62,657 bases of DNA from Macrostomum lignano (taxonomy: Eukaryota): NCBI GenBank assembly GCA_002269645.1, contig NIVC01004055.1:1-62657 (forward strand), written 5' to 3'. A program made the position numbers and the translations under genes. Below, piece by piece: positions 9,792-23,874 of the stretch. The number at the start of each line of letters is the position of its first letter. Position 1 is the first letter of the stretch. The notes under the pieces were generated by a model, which had not been told where the DNA came from, did not search any database, and saw only the letters and a program-made list of their open reading frames with translations.

Positions 9792-12700
9792 TTGTGGGAC
9801 GATGGAGCCAGTAAGTAGTATAGAAAAAAAGGCGAGCGAAGCGAGAATTTTTTTCTATGCTGCTTACTTTTGCGAAATCGTCCCTGATAAGATGTGCAAC
9901 AGATGTGACACACTAAAAATGACGTTTTTCAACTTTTAAACGCTGCCAATAAAAAACGGTACGACCGATTTACAAACGGTTTTTGCCAAAATGCGTCAAA
10001 GACCTAGGGCTAACAGATCCGCAGTGTTTGGTTGTCATGGCGACGCGTTTTGGTTGCCATGGCAACCAAAAACTGCGTTTTTTCGACATTGTCAAAAAAT
10101 TTGATCTCAAAAAATAAGGATTGAGAATATGGCAGCGCTTAGCGAGTGGGCTCAGCAGACGCGGGCATTCGAACGCTAAAATGATCCGAAATGGATTTTT
10201 TGATTGTACTTTCACTTCACAGGTAAAAGTACAAAAAACGTGTTTTTTGAGGTCGAAAAATTGGCATTTTTTTCAACTTTGCCTCACCGCAGCGAAAAGG
10301 ACGCGCTTTCGCGCGGCCTTTGAGCTGCCTCCTAGCCTTAAAAACACTTAAGGCTGTCTGATGCGCTGTAGTTTTTTTGGCTAAAATGTACTTTTCACAT
10401 GGCTGCCTATCTGCACTTTAAAAGTACAAATTTTTAGTGCACTTTTTAGAGGCCTATGGCGTCGAGATGGAAAACTTTTTTTTTTAATATTTCTACACCA
10501 AATTACTCAAATGGATGTCTTCTATTCGGAAACATTGAGATTTGGCCGATTGGGCCATCAATAACCTGCCCAGGTGCCAAAGAGTGCCTAAAAACGACAT
10601 TTTCGAAAAATTGGGTCACGTTTTTAAAAAGTAGTCCCAAAAAATAAGAAAGTGTTTTATGCTACGGTGTTGAGACTTTAACACAACGTGTCAAACATAT
10701 GGAAATTTGTTTTCCTGAATTTTCTAAGCATTTGGACCTACCTGTGCGGAGCAGTGACCCGGAAACCGGGGAAAAAAGAGGCCGGGGGCTCTGCAGAAAA
10801 TCAGACGTTGTTAAGAAAAAATTTTTAAAATGGGGCGAATTTTTTCGAGTGTAGTGTCAAATTGTAGCCCATCGGATGCCCTTTTGAATGACATAAGACA
10901 CTCCTGAAAAAACCCCTGTTAACAGGTACTTTTTACCTGTTAAGTGAAAAACGGCCCATTTGGGGGTACAAACTTTGGAGTGGAAAAATAAGAAATTTTG
11001 CGCACCGATTTTTCTGCATTTTCAATATTGTTTAGTCGAATAGCTAAAGTTTCACCGGTCATACGCCAATATGGCTGGAAAATTCGTATTTTTGAGAAAA
11101 TTGGCTCCGAATTTTGAGTAGGCCATTTTCGGGCAAATTTTGAGCATACTTTTGCTAATAACTCTGCATTGGCGAGACCTAGAGACTCAAGTTTGGTGTC
11201 TAAAAACAGCACTATGGATGCATTATGCAGCTAAATCAGTTTTGAAAACTGATTCTTAGGTTAACAGGTCTTAATACCTGTTTGATTACCTGTCAGAACA
11301 GGTGAAAATTAATATTTTGGCGCCTAGCAGCCGAAAAATTTGTTGACATAATTTGAAAATGCATTGGATGAATGCGCCTTGATGTTATCTCTGTAACGAC
11401 ATGCGACTCGTATTTTTAGGTAGAAGCGTTGCGATGCAGCGAGCAGAAATGTATGAAAAAGCAGCAAAAGTGGTAGAAATGGCTGCTATTAGCGATATTC
11501 GATATAAAATACGTGTACTATGAGCCCACATGGTAGGCAATTTGTGGCTCCGTGGCAAAGTAAGCTGCCTTGAAATTGAATGCTGTATGGGTTCGATTCC
11601 CTTGTGGTCCGAGTTTTTTTATTTTAAAATTTTTGAAGGGCAAACGTATTTTTAGTTTCTTTTCTTTTTCTAACTCTTATTTTTTGTAAACAATTAAATT
11701 TAATCAATTTGAATTTCAAATTTCAACTTTTTTTATACGTATTTAAAGAGTAAAAGTGAATGTTTAAGTGCGGCACGTATGATTGTTTGTGCAAAAAGTA
11801 TATTACGATACATGTCGGCAAGGAAGTTGCCGACTTGGTGTCTGGTCTTTGGTGTCTGGTCGCCTGAAGGCTGGAATGTAGTTGTAACATATTAAAAGGA
11901 AGTGTTTAGATGTGGGAAAAGTTGTGGAGGGGTGTGGGAAGCGGGTGGGGCTGGGGGAGCGGGGGGTGTGGGGGGCAGCGGCCCCCCACATTACGCAACC
12001 CCTACCCAACAACACGCGGGGAGGGGTGGGGAAGCGGGGGTGTGGGGGCAGCGGCCCCCCACATTACGCAACCCCTACCCAACAACACGCGGGGAGGGGT
12101 GGGAGAGCGGGGGTGTGGGGGGCAGCGGCCCCCACATTACGCAAACCCCCAACAACAACCACCCTTCCCAACAACAACGCGCGGGAGGGGTGGGGGAGCG
12201 GGGGTGTGGGGGCGGCAGCCCCCACGTTACGCAAACCCCACAACAACAACCACCCTCCCCAACAACAACGCGCGGGAGGGGTGGGGGAGCGGGGGTGTGG
12301 GGGCGGCAGCCCCCACGTTACGCAAACCCCACAACAACAACCACCCCCCCAACAACAACAACAACCCCCTTAACAACCCTTTCTACACAACAACCAAAGT
12401 GGATACTCCGCACAAGGACGCGGATGCTCTTCGACAAGTGGGTAATTAGCCCTCAATAATTTCACACCATGTTTGAGTTTTACGTCCTATAAATACTCTA
12501 GTGGTACTTGGTGGGATAGCCTGCTGCACGAGATCTCGTCGAGACTGAATTGTGCACTATTAATTTTGGATATTTTGCGTAAGGTATTTAGGATTAAGAA
12601 ATATTGGTCACTAAGATGTATTTTAGCAGTAAATATATACCTGCAATTGATGTTTGCTTTATAAATATTTTTTATTATTATATTTCAACAGTTATGTATA

Positions 12701-13039
12701 AACTTTGTTTAAATCAAATTGAAAATGTAGCCCATTAAGCTTCTTAGTTCTTCATACGGTATAGCCGTAAAATATAAAAACACAATATAGCGTTTTAATT
12801 ATTTCTTAATTTGGGTTAAATAAATAGGTCATAGCCATAAACAATAATGAACGTAATAAATCATCACAAGTATTTAATTAATTAATTTAAACAGTTATGT
12901 ATAAACTTTGTTTAAATTAAATTATAATCAACTTGAAGCTTCTTAGTTTTTTTTTAATTTAATTTAAGCCATAAAAGATAATAAGCCAATATATACCCAT
13001 CGTCCCACCTTTGAAGACGACAGCGTCTTCATTCACTAG
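9792..13039 (+). mobile_element. Unit E4 (hybrid: B-type tRNA-like module, variant CAA minisatellite, extra ~260-bp segment)
   Basis: Junction to junction; segment ~12400-12660 is absent from other short units. Confidence 0.8.
11927..12395 (+). repeat. Variant CAA minisatellite: three ~75-bp variant monomers then standard monomers (E4)
   Basis: GGGGGCAGCGGCCCCCCACATTACG variants precede GGGGGCGGCAGCCCCCACGTTACG monomers. Confidence 0.85.
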
Positions 13040-16000
13040 TTGTGGGACGATGAGCCAGTAAGTAGTATAGAAAAAAAGGCGAGCGAAGCGAGAATTTTTT
13101 TCTATGGTGCTTACTTTTGCGAAATCGTCCCTGATAAGATGTAGCAACGGTGTCACATAGGAAAATGACGTTTTTCAACTTTTAAACGCTGCCAATAAAA
13201 AACGGTACGACTGATTTACAAACAGTTTTTGCCAAAATGTGTCAAAGACCTAGCGCTATCGGATGCACAATAGTTGGTTGCCATGGCAACGCGTTTTGGT
13301 TGCCATGGCAACCAAAAACTGCGTTTTTTCTACATTGTCAAAAAATTTGATCTCAAAAAATAAGGATTGAGAATATGGCAGCGCTTAGCGGGCTGGCTCA
13401 GTAAACGCGGGCATTCGAACGCTACAATGATCAGAAATGGATTTTTTGATTGTACTTTAACTTTTAGGGTAAAAGTACAAAAAACGTGTTTTTTGAGGTC
13501 GAAAAATCGGCATTTTTTTCAACTTTGCCTTACCGCAGCGAAAAGGACGCGCGATAGCGCGGCCTTTGAGCTGCCTCATAGCGTCAATAACACCTGGGGC
13601 TGTTTGATGCGCTATAGTTTTTAGGGCTAAAATGTACTTTTCACATGGCTGCCTATCTGCACTTTAAAAGTACAAATTTTTAGTGCACTTTTGTGAGGCC
13701 TATGGCGTCGAGATGGAAAACTTTATTTTTTAATATTTCTACACCAAATTACTCAAATGGATGTCTTCTATTCGGAAACATTGAGATCTGGCCGATTGGG
13801 CCATCAATAACCTGCCCAGGTGCCAAAGAGTGCCTAAAAACGACATTTTCGAAAAATTGGGTCACGTTTTTAAAAAGTAGTCCCAAAAAATAAGAAAGTG
13901 TTTTATGCTACGGTGTTGAGACTTTAACACAACGTGTCAAACATTTGGAAATTTGTTTTCCTAAATTTTCTAAGCATTTGGACCTACCTGTGCTGAGCAG
14001 TGACCCGGAAACCAGGGAAAAAAGAGGCCGGGGGCTCTGCAGAAAATCAAACGTTGTTAAGGAAATTTTTTTAAAATGGAGCGAATTTTTTCGAGTGTAG
14101 TGTCAAATTGTAGCCCATCGGATGCCCTTTTGAATGACATAAGACACTCTGGAAAAAACCCCTGTTAACAGGTACTTTTTACCTGTTAAGTGAAAAACGG
14201 CCCATTTGGGGGTACAAACTTTGAAGTCGAAAAATAAGAAATTTTGCGCACCGATTTTTCTGCATTTTCAATATTGTTTAGTCGAATAGCTAAAGTTTCA
14301 CCGGTCATACGCCAATATGGCTGGAAAATTCGTATTTTTGAGCAAACTGCATCTGATTATTAAAAATGCAATTTTTCGGCCAATTTTTTGTACATGTTTT
14401 TCAACCTTGCCCGTACTGCAGCGAAAAGGATGCGCAATAGCGCGGCTTTTGAGCTGCTGCCTAATGTCAACAACACCTGGGGCTTTTAGATGCGCTATAA
14501 TATTTTGGGCTAAAATGTACTTTTGACATGGCTGCCTATCTGCACTTTAAAAGTACAAACCGTTTGTGCACTTTAAAGAGGCTTATCTATACAGATGCAA
14601 ATCTTGATTTTTTCAATTTTTCAACCCAAATCACTCAAATGGATGTCTTTTATTCGGAAATGCTGAGATCTGCTTGATTGGGCCATTCATTGCTGCTCTA
14701 TATGGCTACAAGGGTCAAAAAGAGTGTTTTTGAAAATTTGGGTCACGTTTTCAAAAATAGTCTCCAAAAATAAGAAAGTGTTTTAAGCTACGGTGTTGAG
14801 ATTTTAACAAAACGTGTCAAACATATGGAAATTTGTTTTCCTAAATTTTCTAAGCATTTGGACCTACCGGTGCGGAGCAGTGACCCGGAAACCGGGGAAA
14901 AAAGAGGCCGGGGGACTCGACCAAAAAAGCATATGTTGTTAAAGAAAAATTTTTATTACTGGGCGAATTTTTTCGAGTGTGGTGTCAAATTGTAGCCCAT
15001 CGGATGCCCGTTCGAATGGCGCAAGACACTCTGGAAAAAATACCTGTTAACAGGTACTTTTTACCTGTTAAGTGAAAAACGGCCCATTTGGGGTACAAAC
15101 TTTGAAGTCGAAAAATAAGAAATTTTGCGCACCGATTTTTCTGCATTTTCAATATTGTTTAGTCGAATAGCTGAAGTTTCACCGGTCATACGCCAATATG
15201 GCTGGAAAATTCGTATTTTTGAGAAAATTGGCTCCGAATTTTGAGTAGGCCATTTTTGGGCAAATTTTGAGCATACTTTTGCTAATAACTCTGCATTGGC
15301 GAGACCTAGAGACTCAAGTTTGGTGTCTAAAAACAGCATTATGGATGCACTATGCAACTAAATAAGTTTTGAAAACTGATTCTTAGGTTAACAGGTCTTA
15401 ATACCTGTTTGAATACCTGTCAGAACAGGTAAAAATTCATAATTTGGCGCCTAGCAGCCGAAAAAATTTGTTGACATAGTTTGAAAATGCATTGGATGAA
15501 TGCGCCTTGATGTTATCTCTGTAACGACATGCGACTCGTATTTTTAGGTTAAGGCGTTGCGATGCAGCGAGCAGAAATGTATGAAAAAGCAGCAAAAATC
15601 GTATAAGTGGCTACCATACATACGGAATATTCGATATAAAGCGCGTGCACTGTAGAGCTTCGCTCAAGCGAGAGATGGATCGGGGCCGAAGGCAGTTGCT
15701 TTGTAAATGGCCTAAACACGGGTTCGATCCCAAGTGGGCCAGGTTTTTTTATATTTAATTTTTTTAGCAGGAACGGATTTATTAGTATTTTCAATTCTCT
15801 TTCACTTGAATATAATTTAATATTAATTGTTTAATTTTCCTTTCCTTGTATACCTTATTAAAGTCAAAGAGTAAGAGTGAAGCTGAAAGTGCGGCACAGA
15901 TGATTTGTTAGTGCAGAAAGAGTATTACGATACATATCGGCAAGTATGTGTTGCGTGGTCGCCAGAAGGCTTACAAGCAGTTTTAGCGTGCTAAAAAGAT

Positions 16001-16676
16001 GTGTTAGAGGTGGGAAAATTTGCGGAGGGGTTAGGTGGGGGAGCGGGGGTGTGGGGGCGGCAGCCCCCACGATACGCAAACCCCACAACAACAACCACCC
16101 TCCCCAACAACAACGCGCGGGAGGGGTGGGGGAGCGGGGTGTGGGGGCGGCAGCCCCCACGTTACGCAAACCCCCCAACAACAACCACCCCCCAACAACA
16201 ACAACAACAACCCCAACAACAACAAAAACCCCAACAACAACAACCCCTTTTACAACCAACAAACAACAACAACCGCCTTAACAACCCTTTCTACACAACA
16301 GCAGAGTGGATATTCTTGTAATCTAATAAAATATTTTTTATTATATATTTCCACAGTTATGTATAAACTTTGTTTAAATCAAATTGAAAATGCAGTATAG
16401 CCGTAAAATATAAAAACACGATATAGCGTTTTAATTAGTTCTTAATTTGGGTTAAATAAATAGGTCATAGCCATAAACAATAATGGACATAATAAACCAT
16501 CATAAGTATTTTTATTAATTTTTTTAAATAGTTATGCTTAAACTTTGTTTAAATTAAATTATAATCAACTAAGCTTCTTAGTTTTTTTTTTAAATTTAAA
16601 ATTAGGCCATAAAAGTTACGAACAATATATAAACCATCGTCCCACCTTTGAAGACGACAGCGTCTTCATTCACTAG
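13040..16676 (+). mobile_element. Unit E5 (type A tail, internal ~0.88-kb tandem duplication)
   Basis: CCTGTTAACAGG occurs at 14161 and 15043. Confidence 0.8.
16025..16310 (+). repeat. CAA minisatellite, 2 copies (E5); equivalents at ~50365-50645 and ~53997-54275
   Basis: Direct repetition. Confidence 0.85.
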
Positions 16677-19600
16677 TTGTGGGACGATGAGCCAGTAAGT
16701 AGTATAGAAAAAAATGCGAGCGAAGCGAGAATTTTTTTCTATACTGCTTACTTTTGCGAAATCGTCCCTGATAAGATGTGCAACGATGTGACACACTAAA
16801 AATGACGTTTTTCAACTTTTAAACGCTGCCAATAAAAAACGGTACACCGATTTACAAACAGTTTTTGCCAAAATGTGTCAAAGACCTAGCGCTATCGGAT
16901 GCACAATAGTTGGTTGCTATGGCAACGCGTTTTGGTTGCCATGGCAACCAAAAACTGCGTTTTTTCGACTTGTCAAAAAATTTGATCTCAAAAAATAAGG
17001 ATTGAGAATATGGCAGCGCTTAGCGAGTGGGCTCAGTAAACGCGGGCATTCAAACGCTACAATGATCAGAAATGGATTTTTTGATTGTACTTTAACTTTA
17101 GGGTAAAAGTGCAAAAAACGTGTTTTTTGAGGTCGAAAAATCGGCATTTTTTTCAACTTTGCCTCACCGCAGCGAAAAGGACGCGCGATAGCGCGGCCTT
17201 TGAGCTGCCTCATAGCGTCAATAACACCTGGGGCTGTTTGATGCGCTATAGTTTTTAGGGCTAAAATGTACTTTTCACATGGCTGCCTATCTGCTGTTTA
17301 AAAGTACAAATTTTTAGTGCACTTTTGTGAGGCCTATGGCGTCGAGATGGAAAACTTTATTTTTTAATATTTCTACACCAAATTACTCAAATGGATGTCT
17401 TCTATTCGGAAACATTGAGATTTGGCCGATTGGGCCATCAATAACCTGCCAGGTGCCAAAGAGTGCCTAAAAACGACATTTTCGAAAAATTGGGTCACGT
17501 TTTAAAAAGTAGTCCCAAAAATAAGAAGTGTTTTATGCTACGGTGTTGAGACTTTAACACGACGTGTCAAACATTTGGAAATTTGTTTTCCTGAATTTTC
17601 TAAGCATTGGGACCTACCTGTGCTGAGCAGTGACCCGGAAACCAGGGAAAAAAGAGGCCGGGGGCTCTGCAGAAAATCAAACGTTGTTAAGGAAATTTTT
17701 TTAAAATGGGGCGAATTTTTTCGAGTGTAGTGTCAAATTGTAGCCCATCGGATGCCCTTTTGAATGACATAAGACACTCTGGAAAAAACCCCTGTTAACA
17801 GGTACTTTTTACCTGTTAAGTGAAAAACGGCCCATTTGGGGGTACAAACTTTGAAGTCGAAAAATAAGAAATTTTGCGCACCGATTTTTCTGCATTTTCA
17901 ATATTGTTTAGTCGAATAGCTAAAGTTTCACCGGTCATACGCCAATATGGCTGGAAAATTCGTATTTTTGAGCAAACTGCATCTGATTTTTAAAAATGCA
18001 ATTTTTCGGCCAATTTTTTGTACATGTTTTTCAACCTTGCCCGTACTGCAGCGAAAAGGACGCGCAATAGCGCGGCTTTTGAGCTGCTGCATAATGTAAA
18101 CAACACCTGGGGCTTTTAGATGCGCTATAATTTTTTGGGCTAAAATGTACTTTTGACATGGCTGCCTATCTGCACTTTAAAAGTACAAACCGTTTGTGCA
18201 CTTTAAAGAGGCTTATCCTATACAGATGCAAATCTTGATTTTTTCAATTTTTCAACCCAAATCACTCAAATGGATGTCTTTTATTCGGAAATGCTGAGAT
18301 CTGCTTGATTGGGCCATTCATTGCTGCTCTATATGGCTACAAGGGTCAAAAAGAGTGTTTTTGAAAATTTGGGTCACGTTTTCAAAAAGTAGTCTCCAAA
18401 AATAAGAAAGTGTTTTAAGCTACGGTGTTGAAATTTTAACAAAACGTGTCAAACATATGGAAATTTGTTTTCCTAAATTTTCTAAGCATTTGGACCTACC
18501 TGTGCGGAGCAGTGACCCGGAAACCGGGGAAAAAAGAGGCCGGGGGACTCGACCAAAAAAGCATATGTTGTTAAAGAAAAATTTTTATTACTGGGCGAAT
18601 TTTTTCGAATGTGGTGTCAAATTGTAGCCCATCGGATGCCCGTTCGAATGGCGCAAGACACTCTGGAAAAAATACCTGTTAACAGGTACTTTTTACCTGT
18701 TAAGTGAAAAACGGCCCATTTGGGGTACAAACTTTGAAGTCGAAAAATAAGAAATTTTGCGCACCGATTTTTCTGCATTTTCAATATTGTTTAGTCGAAT
18801 AGCTGAAGTTTCACCGGTCATACGCCAATATGGCTGGAAAATTCGTATTTTTGAGAAAATTGGCTCCGAATTTTGAGTAGGCCATTTTTGGGCAAATTTT
18901 GAGCATACTTTTGCTAATAACTCTGCATTGGCGAGACCTAGAGACTCAAGTTTGGTGTCTAAAAACAGCACTATGGATGCATTATGCAGCTAAATCAGTT
19001 TTGAAAACTGATTCTTAGGTTAACAGGTCTTAATACCTGTTTGATTACCTGCAGAACAGGTGAAAATTAATATTTTGGCGCCTAGCAGCCGAAAAATTTG
19101 TTGACATAATTTGAAAATGCATTGGATGAATGCGCCTTGATGTTATCTCTGTAACGACATGCGACTCGTATTTTTAGGTAGAAGCGTTGCGATGCAACGA
19201 GCAGAAATGTATGAAAAAGCAGAAAAAATGGTAGAAATGGCTGCTATTAGCGATATTCGATATAAAATACGTGTACAATAGGCCAACTTAGTAAGCAATT
19301 TGTGGCTCAGTGGCAGAGTTAGTTTCTATGTAATTGAGTGCTGCAGGGTTCGATTCCCAAGAGATCCGAAAAATTTTTAGTTTAAAGTTCTTTTAGAGCA
19401 AACAGTTTTTTAGTATTTTTATTTCTCTAACTATTATGTTTTTTATACAATTAAATTACATTTATTTAAATTTATTTTTCTTTTTATACGTATTTAAAGA
19501 GTAACAGAGAATCTTTTAGTGCGGCACGTATGATTGTTAGTGCAAAAAGTATATTACGATACATGTCGGCAAGCAAGTATTTGATGTCTGGTCGTTTGAA

Positions 19601-20853
19601 GGCTAGAATATAGTTGTAACATATTACAAAGACGTGTTTAGATGTGGGAAAAGTTCTCGAGGGGTGGTGGAGCGGTGGGGGAGCCAGCCCCCCTTTACCA
19701 CTAGACTAACTAATGCCAGGGGCGTGGGGGGCGGCTAGCCCCCCATTATACCACTATACCACTAGACTAACTAATGCCAGGGGCGTGGGGGGCGGCCAGC
19801 CCCCACTATACCACTAGACTAACTAATGCCAGGGGCGTGGGGGCGGCCAGCCCCCACTATACCACTAGACTAACTAATGCCAGGGGCGTGGGGGGCGGCC
19901 AGCCCCCTACTATACCACTAGACTAACTAATGCCAGGGGCGTGGGGGGGGGCGGCTAGCCCCCCACTATACCACTAGACTAACTAATGCCAGGGGCGTGG
20001 GGGCGGCCAGCCCCCACTATACCACTAGACTAACTAATGCCAGGGGCGTGGGGGGCGGCCAGCCCCCCACTATACCACTAGACTAATAAATGCCAGGGGC
20101 GTGGGGGCGGCCAGCCCCCCACTATACCACTAGACTAATAAATGCCAGGGGCGTGGGGGCGGCCAGCCCCCACTATACCACTAGACTAATAAATGCCAGG
20201 GGCGTGGGGGGCGGCCAGCCCCCCACTATACCACTAGACTAACTAATGCCAGGGGCGTGGGGGGCGGCCAGCCCCCCACTATACCACAAGACTAACTAAT
20301 GCCAGGGGCGTGGGGGGCGGCCAGCCTCCCACTATACCACTAGACTAACTAATGCCAGGGGCGTGGGGGCGGCCAGCCCTCCACTATACCACTAGACTAA
20401 CTAATGCCAGGGGCGTGGGGGGGCGGCCAGCCCCCCACTATACCACTAGACTAATAAATGCCAGGGGCGTGGGGGGCGGCCAGCCCCCCACTATACCACT
20501 AGACTAATAAATGCCAGGGGCGTGGGGGGCGGCCAGCCCCCTACTATACCACTAGACTAACTAATGCCAGGGGCGTGGGGGGCGGCCAGCCCCCCACTAT
20601 ACCACTATACCACTAGACTAACTAATTCCAGGGGCGTGGGGGGCGGCCAGCCCCCCACTATACCACTTAGACTAACTAATGCCAGGGCGGCCAGCCCCCC
20701 ACTATACCACTAGACTAACTAATGCCAGGGGCGTGGGGGGCTTTTTAGCTCTCAATTTAGGTTAAATAAATAGATGTCATAGCCATAAACAATAATTGAC
20801 ACAATATAAACCATCGTCCCACCTTTGAAGACGACAGCGTCTTCATTCACTAG
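16677..20853 (+). mobile_element. Unit E6 (internal duplication plus type B tail)
   Basis: Junction to junction; E5-like 5' half joined to an E2-like tail. Confidence 0.8.
19678..20740 (+). repeat. ~52-bp minisatellite, roughly 20 copies (E6)
   Basis: Direct tandem repetition. Confidence 0.95.
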
Positions 20854-23800
20854 TTGTGGGACGATGGAGCCAGTAAGTAGTATAGAAAAAAAGGCGAGCG
20901 AAGCGAGAATTTTTTTCTATGCTGCTTACTTTTGCGAAATCGTCCCTGATAAGATGTGCAACAGATGTGACACACTAAAAATGACGTTTTTCAACTTTTA
21001 AACGCTGCCAATAAAAAACGGTACGACCGATTTACAAACGGTTTTTGCCAAAATGCGTCAAAGACCTAGGGCTAACAGATCCGCAGTGTTTGGTTGTCAT
21101 GGCGACGCGTTTTGGTTGCCATGGCAACCAAAAACTGCGTTTTTTCGACATTGTCAAAAAATTTGATCTCAAAAAATAAGGATTGAGAATATGGCAGCGC
21201 TTAGCGAGTGGGCTCAGTAAACGCGGGCATTTAAACGCTACAATGATCAGAAATGGATTTTTTGATTGTACTTTAACTTTTAGGGTAAAAGTACAAAAAA
21301 CGTGTTTTTTGAGGTCGAAAAATTGGCATTTTTTTCAACTTTGCCTTACCGCAGCGAAAAGGACGCGCTTTCGCGCGGCCTTTGAGCTGCCTCCTAGCCT
21401 TAAAAACACTTAAGGCTGTTTGATGCGCTAAATTTTTTTCGGCTAAAATGTACTTTTCACATGGCTGCCTATCTGCACTTTAAAAGTACAAATTTTTAGT
21501 GCACTTTTGTGAGGCCTATCTCGTCGAGATTAAAAACTTTATTTTTTAATATTTCTACACCAAATTACTCAAATGGATGTCTTCTATTCGGAAACATCGA
21601 GATTTGGCTGATTGGGCCATCAATAACCTGCCCAGGTGCCAAAGAGTGCCTAAAAACGACATTTTCGAAAAATTGGGTCACGTTTTAAAAAAGTAGTCCT
21701 CAAACTTGAAAAAGTGTTTTATGCTACAGTGTTGAGACTTTAACACGACGTGTCAAACATATGGAAATTTGTTTTCCTAAATTTTCTAAGCATTTGGACC
21801 TACCTGTGCTGAGCAGTGACCCGGAAACCAGGGAAAAAAGAGGCCGGGGGGCACTGCAGAAAATCAGACGTTGTTAAGGAAATTTTTTTAAAATGGGGCA
21901 AAGTTTTTCGAGTATGGCGTCAAATTGTAGCCTATCGGATGCCCTTTTGAATGACATAAGACACTGTGGAAAAAACCCCTGTTAACAGGTACTTTTTACC
22001 TGTTAAGTGAAAAACGGCCCATTCGGGGGTACAAACTTTGAAGTCGAAAAATAAGAATTTTTGCGCACCGATTTTTCTGCATTTTCAATATTGTTTAGTC
22101 GAATAGCTGAAGTTACACCGGTCATACGCCAATATGGCTGGAAAATTCGTATTTTTGAGAAAATTGGCTCCGAATTTTGAGAAGGCCATTTTTGGGCAAA
22201 TTTTGAGCATACTTTTGCTAATAACTCTGCATTGGCAAGGCCTAGAGACTCAATTTTGGTGTCTAAAAACAGCACTATGGATGCACTGTGCAACTAAATA
22301 AGTTTTGAAAACTGATTCTGAAGTTAATAGGTCTTAATACCTGTTTGAATACCTGTCAGAACAGGTGAAAATGCACAATTTGGCGCCTAGGAGGCGTAAA
22401 ATTTGTTGACATACTTTAAAAATGCATTAGATGAATGCGCCTTGATGTTATCTCTGTAACGACATGCGACTCGCATTTTTAGATGAAGGCGCTGCGATGC
22501 AGCGAGCAGAAATGTATGAAAAAGCAGCAAAAATCCTAAAAGTGGCTACCATAGGGAATATTCGATATAAAGGGCGTGCACTGTAGAGCTTCGCTTAAGC
22601 AAGAGATGGATCGGGGCCGAAGGCAGTTGCTTTGTAAATGGCCTAAACACGGGTTCGAATCCCAAGTGGGCCAAGTTTTTTTTATATTTAATTTTTTTTA
22701 GCAGGAACGGATTTATTAGTATTTTCAATTCTCTTTCACTTGAATATAATTTAATATTGATTGTTTAATTTTCCTTTCCTTGTATACCTTATTAAAGAGT
22801 AAGAGTGAAGCTGAAAGTGCGGCACAGATGATTTGTTAGTGCAGAAAGAATATTACGATACATATCGGCAAGTATCATGTGTTGCGCGGTCGCCAAAGGC
22901 TTACAAGCAGTTTTAGCATGCTAAAAAGATGTGTTAGAGGTGGGAAAAGTTGCGGAGGGGTGGGGTGGGGGAGCGGGGGTGTGGGGGCGGCAGCCCCCAC
23001 GTTACGCAAACCCCACAACAACAACCACCCTCCCCAACAACAACGCGCGGAGGGGTGGGGGAGCGGGGGTGTGGGGCGGCAGCCCCCACGTTACGCAAAC
23101 CCCACAACAACAACCACCCTCCCCAACAACAATGTGCGGGAGGGGTGGGGGAGCGGGGGTGTGGGGGCGGCAGCCCCCACGTTACGCAAACCCCACAACA
23201 ACAACCACCCTCCCCAACAACAACGCGCGGAGGGGTGGGGGAGCGGGGTGTGGGGGCGGCAGCCCCCACGTTACGCAAACCCCACAACAACAACCACCCT
23301 CCCCAACAACAACGCGCGGAGGGGTGGGGGAGCGGGGGTGTGGGGCGGCAGCCCCCACGTTACGCAAACCCCCCAACAACAACCACCCCCAACAACAACA
23401 ACAACAACCCCAACAACAACAAAAACCCCAACAACAACAACCCCTTTTACAACCAACAAACAACAACAACCGCCTTAACAACCCTTTCTACACAACAGCA
23501 GAGTGGATATTCTTGTAATCTAATAAAATATTTTTTATTATTATATTTCTACAGTTATGTATAAACTTTGTTTAAATCAAATTGAAAATGCGGTATAGCC
23601 GTAAAATATAAAAACACGATATAGCGTTTTAATTAGTTCTTAATTTGGGTTAAATAAATAGGTCATAGCCATAAACAATAATGGACATAATAAACCATCA
23701 TAAGTATTTTTATTAATTTTTTTAAACAGTTTTGCTTAAACTTTGTTTAAATTAAATTATAATCAACTTGAAGCTTCTTAGTTTTTTTTTAATTTAATTT

Positions 23801-23874
23801 AAGCCATAAAAGTTAATAAGCAAATAATAAACCATCGTCCCACCTTTGAAGACGACAGCGTCTTCATTCACTAG
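20854..23874 (+). mobile_element. Unit E7 (type A)
   Basis: Junction to junction; near-identical to E3. Confidence 0.8.
22953..23500 (+). repeat. ~90-bp CAA minisatellite, 5 copies (E7)
   Basis: Direct tandem repetition. Confidence 0.9.
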
